Assembly (NCBI GenBank): GCA_963733055.1
Contig: CAVTBR010000003.1
Span: 224,001 to 288,000 of the forward strand
Direction of reading: 5' to 3'
DNA length: 64,000 nucleotides
Source: Candidatus Bathyarchaeota archaeon
GTDB taxonomy: Archaea; Thermoproteota; Bathyarchaeia; 40CM-2-53-6
Shown here: positions 1 to 8,774 of the stretch, in pieces
Layout of the letters: each line of letters starts with the position of its first letter
Position numbering within the stretch: the first letter of the stretch is position 1
Notes under the pieces: generated by a model
Seen by the model: the letters and a program-made list of their open reading frames with translations, nothing else
Databases searched by the model: none
What the model was told of the DNA's origin: nothing
Made by a program: the position numbers and the translations under genes

Positions 1-1739
1 TGCACCGTCACACCGCTTGTCCCAGCGATCACTATCGTGTAGTTGCCGGGCGTTGCAGTTGGCGCCGGGCATACTTTGAGAAGGGACTGAACAGTGCCGC
101 CGGCTGGAGGCGTTATAGGATTCGAGGTGAATTGAGCGGATACATGCGCAGGGAGGCCGGTTATCGTGAGATTAACCGACGAACTGAACGTACCAATGGA
201 ATTCGCAGTGATGGTGAAGTTGCCGCATTGGCCTTGGTTGACGAAGAGCTGGCTGGGCGATATTGCGAGGCCGAAGTCGCTGGGTGGCGTTGTGACAACG
301 AGTTTCACAACAACGCTGTGGACGATCAAAGGCTGGCTTGTGCTGCCTGTTATGGTTAAGTTGTAACTGCCAAGAGGAGTACTCGAAGTTGTGAGGACGC
401 TAAGCGTCTCCGTCACTGATTGACCTTGGCCCAGTGAAACTGATCCCGAGGGAGCAAAGACTGCTTGCGCACCAGGAGGCAGACCAGTGACCTGAAGGTT
501 GACGGTTCCCGAGAAACTGCTGATCGAACCAACCGTAACTTGGTATGTGGCGCTTTGAGTTTTTGATACAGTTATCGAGGGCGGTGAGGCTGTAAGCGAA
601 AAGTCGGCTGAAAGCCCTTCCACGAATTTGTTTCCATATATCTGGTAGACAGCGTAGTACCCGTTGTAGTCCGCGTAGGTCGGGTACAGTTGTTCATAGG
701 GTTGAAGCGCGAGCCCTTCAACTATACCGTTTCCGTACGGAAAGTAGAAAGCGAGAATTGCGTATGGAACCTTCGGTATTCCGTAATTAGTACTGTCCAT
801 TAGGATTCGTACGTCGCTAGTATGGCCGGGCTGAACGCCATTGGGGACCCAATTTCCAACGCCCTCCTCAGTGAATATGGTGACCGCGTTCGGAGTTGGG
901 CCCGGGTTATAGTATTGACTTGGAAACTCAGAGTCGAAACCGGAGTCACCCTTGGAGGGGTTGTTCATTGTGCTCTTCCATGAACCGGTCTCGCCAGGAT
1001 TTCCTAATTTAACGTATCCTGGAAAAGTAGAATTCAAGTCGAATATCGCTGCATCGGTATACATGACCTCATTTCCGGCTGAAACTCGGGATTGAATCGT
1101 GTTGTAAACGGCAGTGATCTGCGACCTGTGCAGCGGCGTATATGCTGATGGATTCCCATACCAGCCGGGGCTATCTAGTACGATTAGCGTGTAGTTATTG
1201 ATCATTGAAGGATTTACCATTACGGCAGCGGTCGAAACCTGTGTGTAACTGATACCCATCCTCCCAAGCGTGAGGTAGGTCTTGCCCCAATACCCGTCGC
1301 TGATTACTAGAATCCTCGTGGGTTGCCTCACGAAGAAAATGCGATTCGACGTGAATGTTGTCGAGAGGCGGGTGGTTGTTACCTTTGAGAAAGTCGAATT
1401 AGCCAACATCTTGTTTACAGCAGAAGTGAAGCTGGAATCGATAAGGAAGGGGCCTCCTTGGTAGAGCACTCCCGCGGGAGTCAAATCTGTTTGAAGAACA
1501 ACGTTAGGCGGTTCGATAACACGAGCGACTGCGCTTCCTGGGTTGTTTCTCAAGAATTCGTGAATGAACCCGTAAACATGAATCCTGTCAACCTGCTTGT
1601 CATCCATCGGAACTACGATTGTGCCCGGAGAAAATGTGCCCGCGGCGAGGGGAGGAAGTGCAAATGCGATTTGCGTCGCGGGCATACTAAGAGCTAGCAA
1701 AAGGACGAGGCATACGAATAATTGTCGAGATCGTTTCAT
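1..1739 (-). CDS. Secreted/cell-surface protein with tandem Ig-like repeats; partial, runs off the left edge and is absent from the ORF track
   Basis: ATG at 1739 after GAGG; signal peptide MKRSRQLFVCLVLLLALSMPATQIAFA; open frame to the window edge; repeats of type DFSLTASPPSITV...TPLGSYNLTITG and DFGLAISPSQLFV...TPGNYTIVIAG. Confidence 0.85.
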   Translation of the reverse strand, partial: MKRSRQLFVCLVLLLALSMPATQIAFALPPLAAGTFSPGTIVVPMDDKQVDRIHVYGFIHEFLRNNPGSAVARVIEPPNVVLQTDLTPAGVLYQGGPFLIDSSFTSAVNKMLANSTFSKVTTTRLSTTFTSNRIFFVRQPTRILVISDGYWGKTYLTLGRMGISYTQVSTAAVMVNPSMINNYTLIVLDSPGWYGNPSAYTPLHRSQITAVYNTIQSRVSAGNEVMYTDAAIFDLNSTFPGYVKLGNPGETGSWKSTMNNPSKGDSGFDSEFPSQYYNPGPTPNAVTIFTEEGVGNWVPNGVQPGHTSDVRILMDSTNYGIPKVPYAILAFYFPYGNGIVEGLALQPYEQLYPTYADYNGYYAVYQIYGNKFVEGLSADFSLTASPPSITVSKTQSATYQVTVGSISSFSGTVNLQVTGLPPGAQAVFAPSGSVSLGQGQSVTETLSVLTTSSTPLGSYNLTITGSTSQPLIVHSVVVKLVVTTPPSDFGLAISPSQLFVNQGQCGNFTITANSIGTFSSSVNLTITGLPAHVSAQFTSNPITPPAGGTVQSLLKVCPAPTATPGNYTIVIAGTSGVTV

Positions 1740-2008
1740 CGAATACTGCCTCAATTCAGTTTCATATTCAACCGATTTTCAGCTTTCCGAAATGCTCCTA
1801 AGTTAACCGGTCCGTTGGTTACTTAAGACTTAACACAATTCTCCAAACGCGGACTATTTAACAACTCAATGGCGTAAACACGAACATGGCAGAACAGTAC
1901 AACTTGTTTGTCGCAATTTCAGCCCTAAAATAGGCCGCCATTTGCACGAAATTGCATCGTGCGATTACGGGGCACCTTCCATGGCCTCCGGGGGGCCAAA
2001 CCTCACCA

Positions 2009-2919
2009 TTACCCTCCATTAACAGCCTTCAGGTAGCGAATGAACCCCTGAACGCTGACCCTGATCGACACTGAGAGATAGTCCGGCATCTCACTAGGGG
2101 ATTGGCCCACGCGACCAGCGGTTTCGTTAGTGAGAATCCTGACAATCTCTTCCTGCACCGTTCCATGCTCGAGCATATTGCAAATTTTGGCGTTCCAGTC
2201 GTTCAATGCTTGAATGTTATCGTCAATCAAATTCGTCGCCTCATCCATCACGCCATAATGGGGAGTCAAGAGTTTTGTTGGCCGGACCTCTTTGATCCGT
2301 TCCAGTGAACCAACCGCTAAGGGGAGGCTGAAGCTTGTGGGAGGAGTTGTCGGAACCAGCACTGGGAAAGTTGGATAGATTATGCCGACCGCGTCCCCGT
2401 CGCAACAATGCCGGTTCCTTCCAAGTCATAGCTTAGGTGGTGGGAAGCGTGCCCCGGCGTCCAGAGCGCTCGTAACGTCAAACCGCGTCCGAGCGAAATC
2501 TCTTCACTATCGCTAACCTCCCTCATACGAGTCCTCTCGACTGGTTGAGGCTTTCCGAATTTTTCCATTAGTTGTCCTCCAAATAACTCCCCCGCGCCCA
2601 CCCACAATCTAGTTGGGTCGGCTAGGTGGGGCAGACCTTTTGGATGGACTCGGATTGAGGCGTTGAGGTATTTTTCCGCAAGGGTACCGCATGCTCCGGA
2701 ATGGTCTAAGTGCACGTGAGTGGGTAGAAGATAATCGATACCGTCCGTTCCAATTCCATTCTCATCCAAGTCATTGGCAATTGCCTGAGCTGAGGAACCG
2801 TAGCCCATGTCGATCAGTGCCCTTTCCTTTCCTGTTACAAGATAGGCTGCGACGGTTCCAGGATTCCCTAGAGCCATGGTGTCGATGATTGAAACGCGGT
2901 CATCGATTTTTCGTAGCAA
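2009..2919 (-). CDS. Metallo-beta-lactamase-fold hydrolase, split by an apparent 1-nt deletion at 2395-2398
   Basis: THVHLDHSG and TPGHASHH motifs; adding one G restores ATGDAVGIIYP and joins ORFs 2380-3147 and 2009-2362 (PHYG motif); likely TTG start at 2919. Confidence 0.85.
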
Positions 2920-2996
2920 CTCTGGCCCACGTCCTTGGATAACGAGACAAGTATATTCGTGTGTCCCACGTTGAAGTCGGGTAGGTTTGATTAAGG

Positions 2997-3341
2997 ATGA
3001 GCCGACCGGAGCTGCCAGACGATCTCGAAGTCTACGTCGACACTTTAGACGAGCAGGGTAGGGTGACATACATTTCTGGATATTTCGACTACAAAGGAAA
3101 TCGTTTGAAGTTTGGCGCGATCGGCATGGAAGGCTATGGAGGCCCAAACATCAATGCGACGCTCTCGGAAGAGACATTGGCAGAGCTGAGAAAAATGAAC
3201 CTGAATGATGAGGGCATTGATGAATTGATTACTACCCTACAAAGAAAGATCATGGAAGGGCAAGCGCACATCCAGCTACGCGAGGAACCACCCGAAACCC
3301 CGAAACCCACAGAGGAAAAGAAAGACAGCCAATCTACTTAA
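2997..3341 (+). CDS. Hypothetical acidic protein
   Basis: 114-aa ORF with protein-like composition filling the gap between genes. Confidence 0.7.
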   Translation: MSRPELPDDLEVYVDTLDEQGRVTYISGYFDYKGNRLKFGAIGMEGYGGPNINATLSEETLAELRKMNLNDEGIDELITTLQRKIMEGQAHIQLREEPPETPKPTEEKKDSQST

Positions 3342-3356
3342 CACAAGTTTACGGTA

Positions 3357-3635
3357 TCAATCACTTGCATCATGCTGTGGTAAACTGCACTCCGGGCAAA
3401 TCTCTGCTTCCTTAGGAATCTGCTTCATGCAGTACCAACAGAACTTCTTACCCGGCTCAGGCTCCAGTGGTTTTGGTTCCGCGCGTAGCATGCCAACAAC
3501 AACCATGATTCCACCCGTCACTGAAATAGGGAGACCGAAAAGCGACACTCCCAGCGGGACGTACAGGTCAGTGAAAACCAAGAATACCCCGAATACTGCG
3601 AGGATGGCTCCTGAAACAACCAACCCCCTGTACAA
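3357..3635 (-). CDS. Two-TM membrane protein with C-terminal zinc ribbon
   Basis: Two hydrophobic helices then CWYC-x10-CPEC; start uncertain (TTG at 3635 preferred). Confidence 0.75.
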   Translation of the reverse strand: MYRGLVVSGAILAVFGVFLVFTDLYVPLGVSLFGLPISVTGGIMVVVGMLRAEPKPLEPEPGKKFCWYCMKQIPKEAEICPECSLPQHDASD

Positions 3636-3700
3636 GGCGATCGGACCGGATTGATTATACCGAAGAATATGGGTTTTCGCCCCGAGGCGCATGATGAAGC

Positions 3701-4570
3701 TTGATCACTCGAGTCGAAAAATGTTCTTCCGATGTCCTACGGTCTGTTGCGAATTTTGTCTTACAAGATCCCGAGTTCACGAAGCAAGAATTCCCCAATA
3801 CAACTAATGCCAAAGAAGTGGGCACGGCCCTTGCATCGTTGGGAAATTCCTGGCAGGTCCTCACGTCAGACCAACCAATCGCGTTATTCAAAGGAGAGCT
3901 ATCGACACCCACCGCATCCTTATCCCGACTATGTTATGATCACAGCGCATCGTTTGACACCCTTATCGCGAAGCTACGAGAAGATCTGCGACGGATCGGC
4001 ATAACAAACGTCCAAGCGAGCGTCTTGCCCGACGAGGTCGATACATTTCTGGCTAACGGTTTCGAAAAGCGTTCAGTCCTAGACAGACTATCACGTTCCC
4101 CGATAGAGACGAAGATGATGCCAATCCTTCCCCTCATGAATCCAACCCGGAAGGAGATTCCGACTTTATCGAATTTGATGTACGAGGCATATGTGAAGAG
4201 CAAGGGTACTTACTCCGATGCTGAAGTAACGCAGAGCGTGATTCGGAATATAATCTCAAGCGTGGACTACCTGCCAAATGCTTCTTTCGCGAGTGGCGCT
4301 TTCCCAAACCTCGTGAGCGCGTGTCTGGTTACCAGAGCATCATCCTCCGAAGCTACTGTTTCGCAAGTGTTTACGCATCCACTTTACAGGGCGCGTGGGC
4401 TTGCAACCACTGAGATAGCATCTGCAATGAATTTCCTGGTGAGGGAAGGAAAAGGAGTGACGACGTTAGCGGTGTGGAGTCCAGAGACTAATGAGGTTAT
4501 GAAACGCCTTCTCGGCAAAATGGGTTTTATTCAGGACAGAAGTTTAGTGGACATGACTTTGAGGATTTAA
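3701..4570 (+). CDS. Tandem GNAT-fold acetyltransferase-like protein
   Basis: VFTHPLYRARGLAT acetyl-CoA motif A and N..MKRLLGKMGF motif B; degenerate N-terminal copy (FLANGF). Confidence 0.7.
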   Translation: MITRVEKCSSDVLRSVANFVLQDPEFTKQEFPNTTNAKEVGTALASLGNSWQVLTSDQPIALFKGELSTPTASLSRLCYDHSASFDTLIAKLREDLRRIGITNVQASVLPDEVDTFLANGFEKRSVLDRLSRSPIETKMMPILPLMNPTRKEIPTLSNLMYEAYVKSKGTYSDAEVTQSVIRNIISSVDYLPNASFASGAFPNLVSACLVTRASSSEATVSQVFTHPLYRARGLATTEIASAMNFLVREGKGVTTLAVWSPETNEVMKRLLGKMGFIQDRSLVDMTLRI

Positions 4571-4595
4571 CTCCGCGTGGAGTACAAGGCACGGT

Positions 4596-5153
4596 TCAAG
4601 CTTTGAACCATCGGAATACCAAGTAATCGACCTTGCTGCGTCGGTTTGGCACGGCTATGGTGAACTGTTTGCGGACGGTTGTTGCGAGGCGTCCCGCAAG
4701 AACTACCTCGAATGGGCCCATAGTTTCCTGTTCCTTCTTCACGGTCACTATAAACGGCGCATGGTCGATCCCTGGGCCATGCTCATAGATTGCGAAATCT
4801 GAACCGAACCTGATTCCTGGCGTCACGATGAGTCCCTTCTCGCGAAGGTTCTCGTAAGCGCTGTAACCTAAGTTGAACTGTTTGTAAGTGTGATTAGCGA
4901 GTTTGAGTAGTTTCGCCCTAGGAACTGACTTGCCCGTCTCTGCATCGGTTACTCGAATGATCTTACGGTCGAGGAGATACAAGCCCTCCATTAGATCGAG
5001 AATGAGAGGGGCTTTGAATTCCTGTTCAGGTTTCGGTTTTGGGATTCCTACGGGTTTCCCGAAGAAACCCATGCGGTAGAGATGTACCGCTTCTGTAAAG
5101 TTCCATACGACGAGCCTAGTGCCGATTAGTTCGGCTGAAGTCACGTCTGCCAT
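4596..5153 (-). CDS. endA: tRNA/RNA splicing endonuclease, catalytic alpha subunit, with crenarchaeal-specific-loop-like insertion
   Basis: GIRFGSDFAIYEHGPGIDHAPF and GRLATTVRK (catalytic Tyr/His/Lys); GFFGKPVGIPKPKPEQEFKAPL loop. Confidence 0.95.
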   Translation of the reverse strand: MADVTSAELIGTRLVVWNFTEAVHLYRMGFFGKPVGIPKPKPEQEFKAPLILDLMEGLYLLDRKIIRVTDAETGKSVPRAKLLKLANHTYKQFNLGYSAYENLREKGLIVTPGIRFGSDFAIYEHGPGIDHAPFIVTVKKEQETMGPFEVVLAGRLATTVRKQFTIAVPNRRSKVDYLVFRWFKA

Positions 5154-5165
5154 TCGTGAGTCTAC

Positions 5166-5825
5166 CTAGGCGGTTAGCGCGAGTACTCGGATATGGTCGA
5201 CAACGTCTACACCGATATCAGCAATCCTTTCTGCTCTATCGACTAAGTCCCGGAAGAATAACACGGATGCGATAGGCATCTTGCTAGCCATGAGTTCCAT
5301 ATCTAGGTTACGAGACTCAGCGTCGATTTCACGCTCCAAATCCTCGACGGATTTCGCAATATCAACGGCCTTGTCTGCATCAAACGAGAGTGAGTGAAGG
5401 GTTTCTCTGACCTTTGATATCTCCTTCAAAACTGATCCCATAAGATGCGAAACCTGTTCCAGCCTCTTCGTTTCCAATTTCCATTTCAAATCAACAACGC
5501 CCATCAGCCTGAAGCCCATCGCCTCGCAATATTCAGCGACCTCACCAAGCCGGAAGAGGAGGCGGAGAAAATCCTCTCTACTGATGAGTAGGCTTCCGAC
5601 TGAGGCTACCTCAGTCAGGAAGGTTGCTTTGTTCTTCTCGTTCTCTTCGAGAGCCTTTAACATCGCTTGGTAGTTTTCTTTAGCGAGCTTCGCCTTCTTC
5701 TCACTAATGTTGTCCATGAGAACTACAAGCTGCCTCGTTATCTCGACGACATTTCTGGCGTGGACCTGACAGAGATCCAGCATCCTACGACGAATGTTAG
5801 CTTCTGTCTCGATCGGGAATGCCAC
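5166..5825 (-). CDS. DUF47/PhoU-like phosphate transport regulator family protein
   Basis: Helical repeats, REDFLRL, VEDLEREID, DRAERIAD motifs. Confidence 0.75.
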   Translation of the reverse strand: MAFPIETEANIRRRMLDLCQVHARNVVEITRQLVVLMDNISEKKAKLAKENYQAMLKALEENEKNKATFLTEVASVGSLLISREDFLRLLFRLGEVAEYCEAMGFRLMGVVDLKWKLETKRLEQVSHLMGSVLKEISKVRETLHSLSFDADKAVDIAKSVEDLEREIDAESRNLDMELMASKMPIASVLFFRDLVDRAERIADIGVDVVDHIRVLALTA

Positions 5826-5902
5826 CTAGATACACCGCAATTTCTTTCCGACACGAATAGTGTGCATCAGAACTTAAACCATACCCAGCTGACAGGTTTT
5901 CC

Positions 5903-7666
5903 CTACTCATAATTGCTCTCAACCGGCATTCCGAGCGCCTCAAATTCTGTCTCACCCTGGAAGAACCGCAACACAGCCTCCGGCAGTTTCTCCCAGTCTC
6001 CTCGAACTTGCGCCCACGTATCGCGATCTCGGATCGTTACGGTCTTGTCGTCCTTCGACTTGTAATCGACGGTAATCGACAAAGGAACGCCGACTTCGTC
6101 GGCTCGAGCGTAGCGTCTGCCAATGGTTCCCGATTCGTCGTATTCTACTTCAAATCCATTCTTAGATAGCAGCCTCTGAATTTCAGATGCTAGTTCGGGA
6201 AGCCCATCTTTTGCCATTAGGGGAAAAACCATGATTTGAATTGGGACTAGGTTTTTGGGGAGTTTTAGCACGACTCGATCTTTAGACCGTGTATACGCGT
6301 GTTCTAACGTTGAATACACTAATCTCTCGGCGCCGAAGCTGGGTTCCACCACATATGGGACGACCCGGCGGCCCGCCTCCCGTTCGGTTCGCTCCTCGAC
6401 ACGCACGTGTGTCGGGAGAATCTTGAAGCCCTGCACTACGAAGAAGCCGAATTTCTCGAATGCCTTCGAAACCTCGTCCGGATTGCTCGACTTTAGCGCA
6501 TCAATCACCGCCTTGCTCTTTTCCCTCAACAGTGGGCCTAGAACGGAATCGATCGGTACAATGCTCTTGACGCTTTTTGAGATGGGTTTGTCATATGGTT
6601 TGAAGATTGAGAGGTCGGCGCCTGAGGATTTCATGTGGGCGGTTAAATCGAAGTCCGTGCGGTAGGCATGGCCAGCGATTTCTACCCAGCCCCACCTGTC
6701 GAGTCGAATCTGATGGTCGAAAGTCTGGCTGGAGTAGTGCGACCTCTCTGCTACCATTTTCTCCTCGAACCTTTGCTCCTCCGCAGCTATGCCGAGGCTC
6801 TTCACGAACTCCACTGAAAGAGCCATGAAGTAAGCCATCCATTCAGTAAGTACCATGCCCTTACTCACCGACTCCTGTGGAGTGACATGCGTGATCTGTG
6901 AGCCTTTTTGTTCGCGCTCTTTCGCTAGAAGAATTGGCAACAGTGTTCCTTTGACCTGATCCAAATACGGGCATTTGACCTCGTTCGGATCGAAGAACAA
7001 TTCCATTTCCATTATCGTAAATTCTCTCAACCGAATTGGGCCTTGTCTGGGGGAGATCTCGTTTCTCATGACTGTACCGACCTGCGCGATGCCCAGCGGA
7101 AGTCTTTCACGGCTCGCTTCATAGACACGTTTGAAATCTACGAATATTCCTTGAGCCGCTTCGGGACGGCCGTATCCCGTTACGTCGCCGTATGGGCCGA
7201 TGTTCGTCTTGAACATGGTTGAATAGAATTCCGCCTTGCTCAAGACGCCGCCGCATTCCGGGCAACGGATGATATTTTCAGTGATGAAAGCGTCAATTTC
7301 GGGGGCAGCCATGGCTTCGGTAGCGATGTCGGTTCTGGCGGGCATCGCTTCTGTTATCACGTAGTCGGCTCTGAAGTGTCTCTTGCATTGAAGGCAGTTT
7401 ACCATTAGATCTTTGAAGTGTTCAACGTGCCCCGACGCCTTGAAGACTTTCTCAGGGGTAATGACTGGGGTTGATACAGCTGCGTATCCATGTCGGTTAA
7501 CGAAAAATTGGAGCCATGTGTCCTCTATGCGTCGTCTTAATTTCCAGCCTAAGGGGCCAAGGTCAAGATAACCGCTTATTCCTCCGTAGATTTCAAAGGA
7601 TGGCCAAAAGAACCCTCGACGCTTTGCCAGGTCCGAGAGCAATTCGTATTTGTCTATTCCTGCCAA
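5903..7666 (-). CDS. glyS: Glycine--tRNA ligase (archaeal/eukaryal alpha2 type)
   Basis: KRRGFFWPSFEIYGG, RPEAAQGIF, RNEISPRQG..RLREF, EPSFGAER, IGRRYARADEVG. Confidence 0.97.
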   Translation of the reverse strand: MAGIDKYELLSDLAKRRGFFWPSFEIYGGISGYLDLGPLGWKLRRRIEDTWLQFFVNRHGYAAVSTPVITPEKVFKASGHVEHFKDLMVNCLQCKRHFRADYVITEAMPARTDIATEAMAAPEIDAFITENIIRCPECGGVLSKAEFYSTMFKTNIGPYGDVTGYGRPEAAQGIFVDFKRVYEASRERLPLGIAQVGTVMRNEISPRQGPIRLREFTIMEMELFFDPNEVKCPYLDQVKGTLLPILLAKEREQKGSQITHVTPQESVSKGMVLTEWMAYFMALSVEFVKSLGIAAEEQRFEEKMVAERSHYSSQTFDHQIRLDRWGWVEIAGHAYRTDFDLTAHMKSSGADLSIFKPYDKPISKSVKSIVPIDSVLGPLLREKSKAVIDALKSSNPDEVSKAFEKFGFFVVQGFKILPTHVRVEERTEREAGRRVVPYVVEPSFGAERLVYSTLEHAYTRSKDRVVLKLPKNLVPIQIMVFPLMAKDGLPELASEIQRLLSKNGFEVEYDESGTIGRRYARADEVGVPLSITVDYKSKDDKTVTIRDRDTWAQVRGDWEKLPEAVLRFFQGETEFEALGMPVESNYE

Positions 7667-7788
7667 GGCAAAACAACCATTCGACTAGAGTTATGATACG
7701 GCCTCTTTTGCGTCTCGCAGCAAATCTACTCTGACTCCTTTAAAGAAGCACTTGGTTCTCTTTGGCAGTGAGTTGCCTTACGGAGACG

Positions 7789-7983
7789 TCAGAATAGCTC
7801 AGTGTCGTAATCGGTAGGTAGGACGTCTACGTACGATTTGCAAGTTTCGCAGAAGGGCCAGACCTCGCCCGCTGAAGCAATCGAGTTGATGAATACGTCG
7901 ATCTTGCTGCCGCACACTGCACATTTTACGATCATTGACGCTAATTTGTTATCCTTCTTCAGGAAGGCTGAATCGACACCCAT
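7789..7983 (-). CDS. Small zinc-finger protein
   Basis: CAVC...CETC; starts 6 nt after the sdhB stop. Confidence 0.6.
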   Translation of the reverse strand: MGVDSAFLKKDNKLASMIVKCAVCGSKIDVFINSIASAGEVWPFCETCKSYVDVLPTDYDTELF

Positions 7984-7989
7984 CGTGCG

Positions 7990-8763
7990 TCAACCCGTAG
8001 TAGTCTTCACGGGCATGAGCGCAGTACCAATTCTGTTCGCGGAGCCCTTGGAAAGGGTAAGTCCTCTCAGCTTCTGAATCGCTAATGCGGGGTCAACACC
8101 CTTCGGGCAGACGAAACTGCACGACCCTGCAAAATGGCACCTCCAAATTCCATGCTCTCGATCTACGGCCTTCAGGCGTTGTATCGCGCCTTCGTCTCGT
8201 GAATCCGCGACGTAGCGGAAAGCCTGTCCGAGCGCTTGTGGCCCCACGAATCTGGAGTCGTTGGCCATCGTTGGACATGCCGCATTACAGAGGCCACATT
8301 TTATGCAGTACGAGAATTGAAGAAACCGGTCCAGCTCATCACTGCTTTGATAATATTCTGATTTTGATGTCTCCTGTTCGGTGGTATTCCGTCGCAGAAG
8401 GAACGGGGATACGGACTTGTGCTTATCGAAGAACCCCTGAAAGTCAGTAACTAGATCTCGAACGAGCGGGTAATGGTCCAGTGGTCCTACAGTTACGGTC
8501 TTCCCGGAGATTTCGTTGATTTGCGTATAGCACGCCAGTCTTGGCAGACCGTTGATGAGCATTCCGCATGAGCCACATGATGCCATTCTGCATGAGAAAC
8601 GGATAGCGATTGAATGGTCGAAACGTTCCTTTGTGCGCAAAAGCGCTTCGAGCACGGTCAGTCCCGGTTCGTACGGTATATCAAACTCTTGAAACGCTCG
8701 CCCCGTGTTAGCTGCTGGGTTCTCGCGTTGAACTCTCAGCTTGAAGGTTTCTCCAGCTCGCAT
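7990..8763 (-). CDS. sdhB: Succinate dehydrogenase/fumarate reductase iron-sulfur subunit
   Basis: SCRMASCGSC..C (2Fe-2S), CIKCGLCNAACP, CHFAGSCSFVCPKG. Confidence 0.95.
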   Translation of the reverse strand: MRAGETFKLRVQRENPAANTGRAFQEFDIPYEPGLTVLEALLRTKERFDHSIAIRFSCRMASCGSCGMLINGLPRLACYTQINEISGKTVTVGPLDHYPLVRDLVTDFQGFFDKHKSVSPFLLRRNTTEQETSKSEYYQSSDELDRFLQFSYCIKCGLCNAACPTMANDSRFVGPQALGQAFRYVADSRDEGAIQRLKAVDREHGIWRCHFAGSCSFVCPKGVDPALAIQKLRGLTLSKGSANRIGTALMPVKTTTG

Positions 8764-8774
8764 TCATTCATCCC

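Noticed and set aside
132-1806. Short plus-strand ORFs here and the many antisense ORFs across the window
   Set aside because: Shadows of longer genes with recognisable motifs on the opposite strand or frame
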